64,000 bases of DNA from Bacteroidetes bacterium OLB10 (GCA_001567275.1 LNBX01000043.1:44351-108350); one strand, 5' to 3'. Counted from the first letter of the stretch, positions 49,033-57,445 are shown. A program made the numbers and translations. The notes: generated by a model from the letters alone, not told the origin.

Positions 49033-50141
49033 CTATTTTGCTGATTTTTCCAGTTGCTCAATTCTGACCTTTAACGCTTCTATCTGAGTCTGTTGTTCCT
49101 TAATGGCTTCTACCAGCACCGGAATTACATCAGCATAGGAAACTGCTTTTACACTATATGAGCCACTTCGACTTGCTTTTTCTGTTGATACCGGATCTAT
49201 GTCGTATGGTATTGCTGTATTTCTAACAGCAGAAGGAAGTACTTTTTCCAATTCCTGAGCAATGAAACCTGTTTGAGTAGTGGAACTTAAATTCAAAGGT
49301 TTGTATTCTTCTGTGCGATAGTTATAAAAAACTCCACGCATGTTTTGAACCATTTGTAATGCATTAGGAATGGTCTTGATATTTGTTTTTAATTTTTCAT
49401 CTGAAACATTTAACCAGTTAGTAATACCTCCAGCCCAACCACCGCCATAAACAGCCCAACCAATTGCCGTTGGTTGATTACCGCCTACAAATGCACCGTA
49501 AACACCAATTCCTGCAGTGCTGTTGGAATGACCTCTAACACCTTCGCCACCTGCAAGCAGAGGAGCAGTATTTGTATTGTTCAAAGCAATGCCAATTACA
49601 GCAGAAGCATTCCATCCTGTGCTGTTAAAGTTTGTTGCACCCATAAGCACACGGTTATTATTGCTTGCGCTTGAATTTTGAAATCTGGCAGGAGCATCAC
49701 CGGTCAGTAAATTATCCCATTTAAATTGCCAGTCATTGATTAAGGAGGGAGGAATGGCATGCATCCATGTGGTTACGGGATTGGTAGTCCACAGACCAAT
49801 ACTACCTGTATTTTTTATGGTCATTCGTTCGGAGTTGTTAGTTCTGAATCTAAGATCAATATTATCAGTTGTTCCCAGAAAATTAAGAGTACTGCTCAAA
49901 CCTGCATTACCTTTTGTAAGCCATACATCAGAAGGCGTACCGGGCGTGTGGTTAAATCTCCAAAGTTATTTACATAAACATTTCTGGTGCCTACTCCCGA
50001 TAATCCGTCAATACGAATTGTCTGACCGGAACCTGCAACATGTAATTTTTGCAATGGAACAGATGTACCTATTCCTACATTCTGCGCACGAACAGAAAAA
50101 CAAATTGAAAGTAAAAAGAACAGAGGTAGATACTTTTTCAT
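49033..50141 (-). pseudogene. Secreted tail-fibre-like protein with C-terminal S74 intramolecular chaperone domain, frameshifted as assembled
   Basis: It has a signal peptide plus the NVGIGTSVPLQKLHV module. The C-terminus SDEKLKTNIKTIPNALQMVQNMRGVFYNY ... VPVLVEAIKEQQTQIEALKVRIEQLEK matches the phage tailspike/endosialidase autochaperone (peptidase S74) pattern. ORFs 49896-50246 and 49033-49899 join if one base is added near 49940-49944. The span is 1109 nt, which is 370 codons minus 1. Confidence 0.65.
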
Positions 50142-50294
50142 ATATTTTAATTTTATTCGTTTTCCCAAAATTATAAGTAAAAATTGTAAAAAAGAAGTGT
50201 TTTGTAGAAAAAAATCGGCATTATTTATTTGTAAATATTGTGTCAAAATGCCTTAAGCTAAGATAGATTTTGATTTTAGTAAAGATTGAAGCGA

Positions 50295-50302
50295 TAATTT
50301 TG
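50295..50302 (+). promoter_or_regulatory. -7 promoter element (TAatTTTG) upstream of the PD40 gene
   Basis: TAATTTTG lies 15 bp upstream of the ATG at 50317. Confidence 0.4.
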
Positions 50303-50316
50303 CAAAAAATTTTTTT

Positions 50317-51369
50317 ATGCGATCTGTTTTCACTCTGGGTTTTGCACTGCTTTTAGGGGCTAACTGCACAGCACAAACCACTGATTCCGTTGAAAGTAAA
50401 CACTTATCCAACATTCGCCAGTTAACTTTCGGTGGCGATAATGCTGAAGCTTATTTCAGCTTTGACAATAAGCAACTGGTTTTTCAGTCAAATTATAAGG
50501 AGTGGGGGGTATCCTGCGATCAGATATTCTATATGGATGTTGACAAGGGTGCTGCACAAAAACCACCGATGTTAAGCACCGGAAAAGGGCGTACCACCTG
50601 CGCTTATTTCATGCCCGGTAACAAAACAATTTTATATGCCAGTACTCATCAGGGTGGTGATAATTGTCCTGATGCAGGTGATTTGCATAAGGGTGGCAAA
50701 TACCTGTGGCCGATTTTTAATACTTATGATATTTATGTTGCTGATTTGAACGGAAAAATTTTAAAACAGTTGACCAATGCACCCGGATATGATGCAGAAG
50801 CGACAGTTTCTCCTGATGGAAAAAAAATTGTGTTTACAAGTGACCGCTCGGGCGATCTTGAATTATGGACGATGGATATTGATGGCTCCAATCAAAAGCA
50901 GATAACTTTTGGTTTAGGGTATGACGGTGGTGCATTCTTTTCTCCTGACAGCAAGAAATTAGTATTCAGAGCATCACGACCACAAACTCCTGAAGCCATT
51001 GAGGAATACAAACAATTGCTTAAGCAGGGACTAGTTGCGCCAACCAATATGGAAATTTATACCTGTAATGTAGATGGAAGTGATTTAAAACAGGTTACAC
51101 ATCTGGGCAAAGCAAACTGGGCTCCTTTCTTTCATCCTTCAGGAAAAAAAATAATATTTTCATCTAATCATGCTTCCAAAACAGGTTTTTATTTTCAACT
51201 GTATATGATGAATCTGGATGGGAGCGGATTGGAACAAATTACCGATCAGAGTTTATTCAATGCATTTCCGATGTTTTCCCCTGATGGTAAGAAACTCGTT
51301 TTCTCAAGCAACCGCAACAATGGTGGCACACACGACACCAATGTGTTTATAGCCGACTGGAAAGACTAA
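50317..51369 (+). CDS. TolB-like PD40 beta-propeller repeat protein
   Basis: 350 aa with a signal peptide. WD40-like PD40 repeats recur (SPDGKKIVFTSDRSG, SPDSKKLVFRA, HPSGKKIIFSSN, SPDGKKLVFSSNRNN). Confidence 0.8.
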   Translation: MRSVFTLGFALLLGANCTAQTTDSVESKHLSNIRQLTFGGDNAEAYFSFDNKQLVFQSNYKEWGVSCDQIFYMDVDKGAAQKPPMLSTGKGRTTCAYFMPGNKTILYASTHQGGDNCPDAGDLHKGGKYLWPIFNTYDIYVADLNGKILKQLTNAPGYDAEATVSPDGKKIVFTSDRSGDLELWTMDIDGSNQKQITFGLGYDGGAFFSPDSKKLVFRASRPQTPEAIEEYKQLLKQGLVAPTNMEIYTCNVDGSDLKQVTHLGKANWAPFFHPSGKKIIFSSNHASKTGFYFQLYMMNLDGSGLEQITDQSLFNAFPMFSPDGKKLVFSSNRNNGGTHDTNVFIADWKD

Positions 51370-51387
51370 TATTTGTAATGCAGTGCA

Positions 51388-51395
51388 TACCTTTG
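51388..51395 (+). promoter_or_regulatory. -7 promoter element (TAccTTTG) only 4 nt before a start codon
   Basis: TACCTTTG ends at 51395 and the ATG is at 51400. This implies a leaderless or near-leaderless transcript. Confidence 0.35.
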
Positions 51396-51399
51396 CACT

Positions 51400-52014
51400 A
51401 TGCAGTACGAAATAAATCCAGATAACATTGACGACAGAAAAATTGATGCTGTAGTAAATGTTTTGAAACATGACGGAGTAATTATACTTCCTACCGATAC
51501 CATTTATGCTTTTGCATGCAGTATTTACAGTGAGAAAGCAATTGAAAAAATTTGTAGATTCAAACAAGTGAAAGTCGAAAAAGCGAACCTTTCCTTTCTT
51601 TTCAATAATCTGAAAAACATTTCGGAATTCACCAAACCATTTGACAGGAGTACTTACAAACTGCTGAATCGTTCATTGCCGGGACCCTTTACATTTATTC
51701 TTGAAGCGTCTTCCAAAGTGCCTGCAATTTTTCGTTCCCGAAAGAAAACTATTGGTATTCGTATTCCTGATCATCCTGTTGCACTTCAAATCATTGAGAA
51801 AACAGGACATCCGTTGATAGCAGCATCGCTGCACGATTCTGATGATCCTATCACTGATTACCTGACAGACCCTTCAGAAATATTTGAAAAATTTGAAACC
51901 ATCACTGATGCCTTTGTTGATTGTGGCGCAGGCGGAAATAAACCAAGTACAGTAGTTGACTTAACAGGAAGTGAAATTGTGGTTGTACGTGAGGGAAAAG
52001 GAATACTTAGTTAG
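51400..52014 (+). CDS. L-threonylcarbamoyladenylate synthase (YrdC/TsaC/Sua5 family)
   Basis: 204 aa YrdC-domain protein (ILPTDTIYAFAC, LPGPFTFIL, IGIRIPDHP, PSTVVDL). Confidence 0.85.
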   Translation: MQYEINPDNIDDRKIDAVVNVLKHDGVIILPTDTIYAFACSIYSEKAIEKICRFKQVKVEKANLSFLFNNLKNISEFTKPFDRSTYKLLNRSLPGPFTFILEASSKVPAIFRSRKKTIGIRIPDHPVALQIIEKTGHPLIAASLHDSDDPITDYLTDPSEIFEKFETITDAFVDCGAGGNKPSTVVDLTGSEIVVVREGKGILS

Positions 52015-52652
52015 CGAACATTTTTGTTGAAGTAAATACAACAATGTGTCAACCCACACTCCGAACATTTGGGTTTGCGGGCTATGCAAACATATCGTCC
52101 GTGGAGAATGAGCCAGTGATGTGCTTTCGGAATCAATTCTTCAGGGATATGTTTCACTAATTGTTTTTCAGCAGCAAGAGGTGTTTTGGCATTTCGTGTA
52201 AGGCCAATGCGAGCTGCAACACGAAATACATGTGTGTCAACCGCCATGGTTGCTTTGTTGTAAACCACAGATGCAATTACATTCGCAGTTTTGCGTCCTA
52301 CACCGGGCAGTTTTATCAGGTCTTCTATTTCAGAAGGAACCTTGCCTTTAAAATCTTCAACCAGCATTTTAGCCATTGCAGTCAGATGTTTCGCCTTGTT
52401 GTTGGGATAGCTTATGCTTTTAATGTAAGTAAAAACCTCATCTGATGATGCAGCTGCAAGAGTTTTTGCATTAGGAAATGCTTTGAACAATGCTGGAGTT
52501 GTCATGTTCACTCGTTTGTCAGTGCACTGAGCTGACAATATCACTGCCACTAATAGCTGATAAGGATTCTTATATTGAAGTTCAGTTTCGGCAACAGGCA
52601 TTTTCTCACTGAAATAATCAAGTACTTCCTTATAGCGTTCCTTAATGGTCAT
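52011..52652 (-). CDS. nth: Endonuclease III
   Basis: 213 aa with HhH-GPD (LPGVGRKTANV, VDTHVFRV) and the 4Fe-4S cluster loop CIARKPKCSECGLTHCC. Confidence 0.95.
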   Translation of the reverse strand: MTIKERYKEVLDYFSEKMPVAETELQYKNPYQLLVAVILSAQCTDKRVNMTTPALFKAFPNAKTLAAASSDEVFTYIKSISYPNNKAKHLTAMAKMLVEDFKGKVPSEIEDLIKLPGVGRKTANVIASVVYNKATMAVDTHVFRVAARIGLTRNAKTPLAAEKQLVKHIPEELIPKAHHWLILHGRYVCIARKPKCSECGLTHCCIYFNKNVR

Positions 52653-52661
52653 ACTGTTTTC

Positions 52662-53375
52662 TTAGAGTTCTGATTTGAGGATGTCTCTGAATTCAAAAAA
52701 GCCTTTATGATTCACAATCCATTCGGCTGCAGTAACGGCTCCTCGGGCAAAGCCTCTCCTGTTGAACGCATGATGCATTATTTCGATAGTATCATCATCA
52801 CTGCGGTAATTTACCAGATGTGTACCCGTTACTTCGTCAATGCGCTCACAGTAAACAGGCAGTTTGTGAGGTTCCTCATTCAGCGACCATCCGTCATATT
52901 TTTTATTGTATTTCAGAATGTCATTTGCCAGTGTGATGGCAGTGCCGCTTGGTTTATCTTTCTTATTTATATGATGTGTTTCTTCAAGCCAGGCATTATA
53001 TGGTTGTTTGGCCATTAAACCTGCAAGCAAATCATTCACTAAAAAAATATATTTACTCCTATACTGAAATTTGAAGCATATATGACAGAAGCATTTTTTT
53101 TCAATGGTATATGTTTTCAGGTTCTCTAACTTGTCATACCAACCTGTTGTACCAATTACCACAGGAACTCCTGCATCAATACAAAATTTTGCGTTGATTA
53201 AGGCATTTTCAGGACTTGAAAATTCAATGGCCACATCAGCCTGCTGAAGCATTCCCTTACTTAGCTGTCCAATATTTTCAGAATTAATTTTCAAAACAAT
53301 TTCATGGTTGTGCAAAAGAGAAGCTGCTTCAACTTCTTTGCCCATTTTGCCATAACCCAAAAGCGCAATTTTCAT
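52662..53375 (-). CDS. dapB: 4-hydroxy-tetrahydrodipicolinate reductase, with an internal out-of-frame patch as assembled
   Basis: 237 aa with an NAD-binding N-terminus (MKIALLGYGKMG), GTTGW and EETHHINKKDKPSGTA. Residues encoded between 53047 and 53094 (CFCHICFKFQYRSKYIF) replace the conserved ASNFSIGVN motif, which is readable in the adjacent frame. Confidence 0.85.
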   Translation of the reverse strand: MKIALLGYGKMGKEVEAASLLHNHEIVLKINSENIGQLSKGMLQQADVAIEFSSPENALINAKFCIDAGVPVVIGTTGWYDKLENLKTYTIEKKCFCHICFKFQYRSKYIFLVNDLLAGLMAKQPYNAWLEETHHINKKDKPSGTAITLANDILKYNKKYDGWSLNEEPHKLPVYCERIDEVTGTHLVNYRSDDDTIEIMHHAFNRRGFARGAVTAAEWIVNHKGFFEFRDILKSEL

Positions 53376-53383
53376 TTCCGGAA

Positions 53384-54013
53384 TTATTTAAGTTGTAAAG
53401 TCAGACGCACTCCTGCAAAAGCTGTATTATTAATTACAGGCGAAACAGATGGTTCAGCCCTAAGTGTCAAATCATCACTTACATCGAAGTAAAACAAGTG
53501 TGCATCCACAGCAGCATCTATAATATTGAGGACATAAGTAACGCCCATTCCAATATAGGCAAGGTCACGGTTTCTCCGGTAATAATTTTTTAATACACGT
53601 AAATCGTCATCCGAATATACATTGACATAAGGGTCAACTGTGTCGGGATTGTCGTCCAATCTCACTTTAAATGCATTTTTATAATTGACATACTGCCTGT
53701 TGTTATCCACAACAAAGTAAGTGAGCAATCCACCTAAGCCATATATAACAGGAATTTTCCAGTATTTGCGGTTATATGCCTGACCAAGACCGGGAAGTAT
53801 GGCCGAATAGATGGTTGCCTTTTTTGGAGAATGAAAATGAATGGAATCACTTTTTTGAATCTTACTGATGGAATCATTTGTTTTAACAGACGTCTCAACT
53901 AATTTATCAGCAAGTTTCTTTTTCTGTATAGTGTCTGTTTGTCCCCATACGAGAGGTGCAAAGCACACTAAGAAAAATAAGATACTGATTTTTTTGCGCG
54001 CCATACCATTCAA
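53384..54013 (-). CDS. DUF5683 domain-containing protein
   Basis: 209 aa with a signal peptide. The SAILPGLGQAYNRKYWKIPVIY motif and the position directly downstream of parB are typical of this Bacteroidota family, assigned from memory. Confidence 0.65.
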   Translation of the reverse strand: MNGMARKKISILFFLVCFAPLVWGQTDTIQKKKLADKLVETSVKTNDSISKIQKSDSIHFHSPKKATIYSAILPGLGQAYNRKYWKIPVIYGLGGLLTYFVVDNNRQYVNYKNAFKVRLDDNPDTVDPYVNVYSDDDLRVLKNYYRRNRDLAYIGMGVTYVLNIIDAAVDAHLFYFDVSDDLTLRAEPSVSPVINNTAFAGVRLTLQLK

Positions 54014-54901
54014 TCAGGCATCAAGTAAGTCGAGCAATCTATTGAGGTCGTCAGTCGAAAAATAAGTGAAGTGAATTTGTCCTGAACCGTTTTTACGGTG
54101 TTTTACTTCTATTTTGGTTTCAAACTTATCTTCCAGTCGTTTTTGGATTTGTTTGTATTCAAGCCCTTTTAAAAATTTCTCACTGATAGAAACTTCTTTT
54201 TTGGCAGGTTTGGCTGTGCCTCTTACAACTTCTTCTACCGAGCGAACACTTAAATCATTTTCTATAATATCATTGAAAATTTTTATCTGCATCATCGGAT
54301 CACTGATGTTGATGATAGCACGTGCATGGCCCATACTTATTTTATCGTCACGTAAAGCAGCTTGAATTTGTGGCGGCAGTTTGAGTAATCTCAGATAATT
54401 ATTTACCGTAGAACGGTCTTTGCCAACGCGTAATCCCAAATCTTCCTGCGTCAGTTTGCACTCGTCAATAAGACGTTTGTAGCTGATGGCAATTTCAATT
54501 GCATTCAGGTTTTCGCGCTGAATATTTTCAACCAAAGCCATTTCAAGCATGCTCTGGTCATTGGCAACCCTCACATAAACAGGAATACTTTTCAGTCCGG
54601 CCAATTGAGAAGCTCTGAAACGTCTTTCACCTGAAATAATCTGATATCTGTCGGCATGAACTCTTCTGACTGTGACAGGTTGAATTATTCCATGCACGCG
54701 AATAGAGTCAGCAAGGTTCAGCAATTCTTCTTCTTTAAATTCATTTCGCGGCTGAAATGGATTAGGTTCAATCATTTCAACAGCGAGTGTAGTTATGATT
54801 CCCGGCTGAACATTATTTAATTCCTTAAGATCAGTAGCAGGAATATTGTTGTCAAGCAATGCACTCAGACCTTTGCCAAGCCCTGATTTTTTTTGTGTCA
54901 T
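54014..54901 (-). CDS. parB: ParB/Spo0J chromosome partitioning protein
   Basis: 295 aa. Motifs: PNPFQPR, GIIQPVTVR, ISGERRFRAS, and an HTH region. Confidence 0.95.
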   Translation of the reverse strand: MTQKKSGLGKGLSALLDNNIPATDLKELNNVQPGIITTLAVEMIEPNPFQPRNEFKEEELLNLADSIRVHGIIQPVTVRRVHADRYQIISGERRFRASQLAGLKSIPVYVRVANDQSMLEMALVENIQRENLNAIEIAISYKRLIDECKLTQEDLGLRVGKDRSTVNNYLRLLKLPPQIQAALRDDKISMGHARAIINISDPMMQIKIFNDIIENDLSVRSVEEVVRGTAKPAKKEVSISEKFLKGLEYKQIQKRLEDKFETKIEVKHRKNGSGQIHFTYFSTDDLNRLLDLLDA

Positions 54902-54945
54902 TCGTAAATTGATTTTAATCCGGTTGGTTAAGTACCGGCAGGTTT

Positions 54946-55776
54946 TTAATTCATTTTTATTTTAGAAGTCTCTTCAGATTTAAAAATTTTATCTCGTGAG
55001 GGAACTCCTGCATTGTTATTTTTCTGAATGATTTCTCTTGCAAGATTCAGATAGTTTACGGCACCTTTGCTGCTGGCATCGTGCATGATGATGGTTTCAC
55101 CAAAGCTGGGAGCCTCGCCCAATTTTGTGTTTCGCTGAATAATCGTGTTGAACACCATATTCTGAAAATGCGTTTTCACTTCTTCTACCACCTGATTACT
55201 CAGTCGCAGGCGCGAATCATACATTGTGAGCAATATTCCTTCAATGCTTAACTGAGGGTTGAGGCGTGTTTGCACAATGTTTATAGTGTTCAGCAATTTT
55301 CCTAAACCTTCAAGAGCAAAATATTCACATTGCACAGGAATAATCACACTGTCGGCAGCAGAGAGAGCATTAATGGTGATGAGACCGAGAGATGGCGAAC
55401 AGTCAATGATGATGAAATCATAGTTGTCAGCAATTTTGTTGATGGTTTGTTTCATCATATACTCTCTGTTGGAGAGGTTGATCATTTCAATTTCTGCACC
55501 TACCAGGTCAATATGTGCGGGAAGTAAGTCGAGATTAGGAGTTTTTGTTTCCTGAATCACCTCTGCCGGATTTTCATCGTTGATGATACATTCATAAATA
55601 CTTCTTTTGATTACACGCGGGTCATATCCTACACCACTTGTGCTGTTTGCCTGTGGGTCTGCATCTATCAACAGTGTTTTATATTCCAATACTGCAAGGC
55701 TTGCAGCAAGGTTGATGGCAGTAGTTGTTTTTCCAACACCACCTTTTTGATTCGCTATCGCAATAATTTTTGCCAT
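54946..55776 (-). CDS. parA: ParA/Soj chromosome partitioning ATPase
   Basis: 276 aa with a deviant Walker A (NQKGGVGKTTTAINLA) and IIIDCSPSLG. Confidence 0.95.
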   Translation of the reverse strand: MAKIIAIANQKGGVGKTTTAINLAASLAVLEYKTLLIDADPQANSTSGVGYDPRVIKRSIYECIINDENPAEVIQETKTPNLDLLPAHIDLVGAEIEMINLSNREYMMKQTINKIADNYDFIIIDCSPSLGLITINALSAADSVIIPVQCEYFALEGLGKLLNTINIVQTRLNPQLSIEGILLTMYDSRLRLSNQVVEEVKTHFQNMVFNTIIQRNTKLGEAPSFGETIIMHDASSKGAVNYLNLAREIIQKNNNAGVPSRDKIFKSEETSKIKMN

Positions 55777-55802
55777 TTTCTGATTGTTGTTTTTTTAAGC
55801 TG

Positions 55803-56484
55803 TTAAATCGTAATTGTTTCTCCAATTTTCATGAGTAATAAATCTTTTCCTGCATTGGTAAATTTTTCTTTCGCTTCCTGATGATCAATGCGAATAGGAG
55901 GGAAGGTATCGTAATGCATGCCTATCACTCTGTCGCATTTTACAAATTCAGAAGCAATGATGGCATTGTCAATACCCATGGTAAAATTGCTGCCTATGGG
56001 TAGCATGCAAATATCAATGCGTTTATAATCGCCAATAAGTTTCATGTCATATGAAAGGGCAGTATCTCCTGAATAATAAACATTACCTGCTTCTGTTTCA
56101 AGAAGGAAGCCCATAGCACTTCCGCCATACGAACCATCAGGCATGGAACTGCTGTGAATAGCATTAACACATTTCAACTTACCAAAATCAAACATGTAAT
56201 GGCCGCCAATGTTCATTGCATGTACACGGTTAATTCCTTTTTCCTGAACCCAGTTACAAATTTCGCAAATTGCTTACTACCAATGCATTGGTAAGCCGGG
56301 CCAGTTCTATTGCATCTGCCGTATGATCTTCATGCCCATGCGAAATCAGAATATAATCTGCTTTTATATTTTTGAGCTGAATATTCTTAGCTAACGGATT
56401 ACCTGATATAAACGGGTCAAAAACAATGGTCTTTCCGTCCACTTCTACAGCAAAACATGCATGACCATAATATGTAATCTTCAT
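55803..56484 (-). pseudogene. UPF0173-type metal-dependent hydrolase (metallo-beta-lactamase fold), frameshifted as assembled
   Basis: ORF 56254-56517 (MKITYYGHACF ... SHGHEDH) and ORF 55803-56216 are the two halves of one protein of about 226 aa. The linking residues (NFEICNWVQEKGINRVHAMNIGG) are readable if one base near 56274-56277 is removed. The span is 682 nt, which is 227 codons plus 1. Confidence 0.8.
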
Positions 56485-56514
56485 CACCTTTTCTACAAAA
56501 TTTTTTATAAAACG

Positions 56515-56522
56515 CAAAGGTA
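56515..56522 (-). promoter_or_regulatory. -7 promoter element (TAccTTTG on the minus strand) upstream of the UPF0173 gene
   Basis: Plus-strand CAAAGGTA lies 31 bp upstream of the ATG at 56484. This supports MKITYY as the true start rather than 56517. Confidence 0.4.
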
Positions 56523-56687
56523 AGATGCGTTAAGGTTCACAACCAATAAAATTATAAACAAACCCAAGAATTTAAGAGAGTAAAACGCAGAGTTATTAAC
56601 AATCGTATCTGAATTGCTGACAATTGAATTTATCAGGACTTTTAATTAGAAAAATCTTCAATTCTACGCCCATATACTCAGGAAATT

Positions 56688-56695
56688 TATCTTTG
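56688..56695 (+). promoter_or_regulatory. -7 promoter element (TAtcTTTG) upstream of the FKBP gene
   Basis: TATCTTTG lies 23 bp upstream of the ATG at 56718. Confidence 0.4.
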
Positions 56696-56717
56696 CGCGA
56701 ATTTCAAAAAAGATAAA

Positions 56718-57425
56718 ATGAATAAAGTAAAAATCGCAGTTTTATGTTTTCTGGCATCTGCATTCAGCGCATGTGGGCAAAAAAACAGCAATAATCAAAC
56801 TATAACCACATCTGTTGATTCGGTTAGTTACGGAATAGGTGTAAGCATTGGCGAGAATCTGAAAAAAGATGGCTTGAATGATGTGAATGTAGATTTGATG
56901 GCACGAGGTATTGCTGAAGCTTTAAAGGGAGAAAAGACGGCTTTAACAATGGAGCAGATTCAATCATGCATTGGTGCTTATATGGCTGAAAAGCAAAAAG
57001 TAAAAGATGCAGAAAATAAGGTTAAGGCTGAGGCAAATCTTGAAAAAGGAAAAAAATTCCTCGAAGAGAACGGCAAACGTAAAGGGGTAGTTACATTGCC
57101 AAGCGGATTGCAATATGAAATAATTAAAGAAGGTACAGGGCCAAAACCCAAAGCGGATGATATGGTTACCACTCACTACCACGGAACACTTATTGACGGA
57201 AAAGTATTTGATAGTTCTGTTGAGCGTGGTCAGCCTGCGCAGTTTGGCGTAAATCAGGTAATACCTGGATGGACAGAAGCACTGCAACTTATGCCGGTTG
57301 GCTCTAAATGGAAATTATATATTCCTGCAAATCTTGCTTATGGCGAACACGGTGCAGGTGGTGCCATTGGACCTAACGAAACATTGATTTTCGAAGTTGA
57401 ATTACTTTCAATAGATAAGAAGTAA
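56718..57425 (+). CDS. FKBP-type peptidyl-prolyl cis-trans isomerase (FkpA-like lipoprotein)
   Basis: 235 aa with a lipobox (SAFSAC), an FkpA-like helical N-domain and an FKBP domain (VTTHYHGTLIDGKVFDSS ... VIPGWTEAL ... LIFEVELL). Confidence 0.9.
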   Translation: MNKVKIAVLCFLASAFSACGQKNSNNQTITTSVDSVSYGIGVSIGENLKKDGLNDVNVDLMARGIAEALKGEKTALTMEQIQSCIGAYMAEKQKVKDAENKVKAEANLEKGKKFLEENGKRKGVVTLPSGLQYEIIKEGTGPKPKADDMVTTHYHGTLIDGKVFDSSVERGQPAQFGVNQVIPGWTEALQLMPVGSKWKLYIPANLAYGEHGAGGAIGPNETLIFEVELLSIDKK

Positions 57426-57445
57426 GTAAAGATTTTTTCAAATGG

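Noticed and set aside
47272-50246. A prophage or tailocin inferred from the tail-fibre-like S74 domain
   Set aside because: No capsid, terminase, portal, sheath, baseplate, integrase or lysis genes lie within 15 kb on either side. Both fibre-like proteins carry Sec signal peptides, which virion proteins normally lack.
54014-55776. parA-parB as a sign of a plasmid or integrated element
   Set aside because: The pair sits in the usual Bacteroidota chromosomal arrangement with the DUF5683 gene, dapB and nth. The surrounding genes are housekeeping, and there are no replication-initiator or conjugation genes.
23301-56277. Homopolymer frame breaks interpreted as phase-variable contingency loci
   Set aside because: The breaks hit housekeeping genes (the LptD-like gene, dapB, the SCO1 gene) as well as surface proteins. 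The runs are short, at 5-8 nt. The dapB case is a compensated insertion plus deletion, which slipped-strand phase variation would not produce. Sequencing or assembly error explains all of them.
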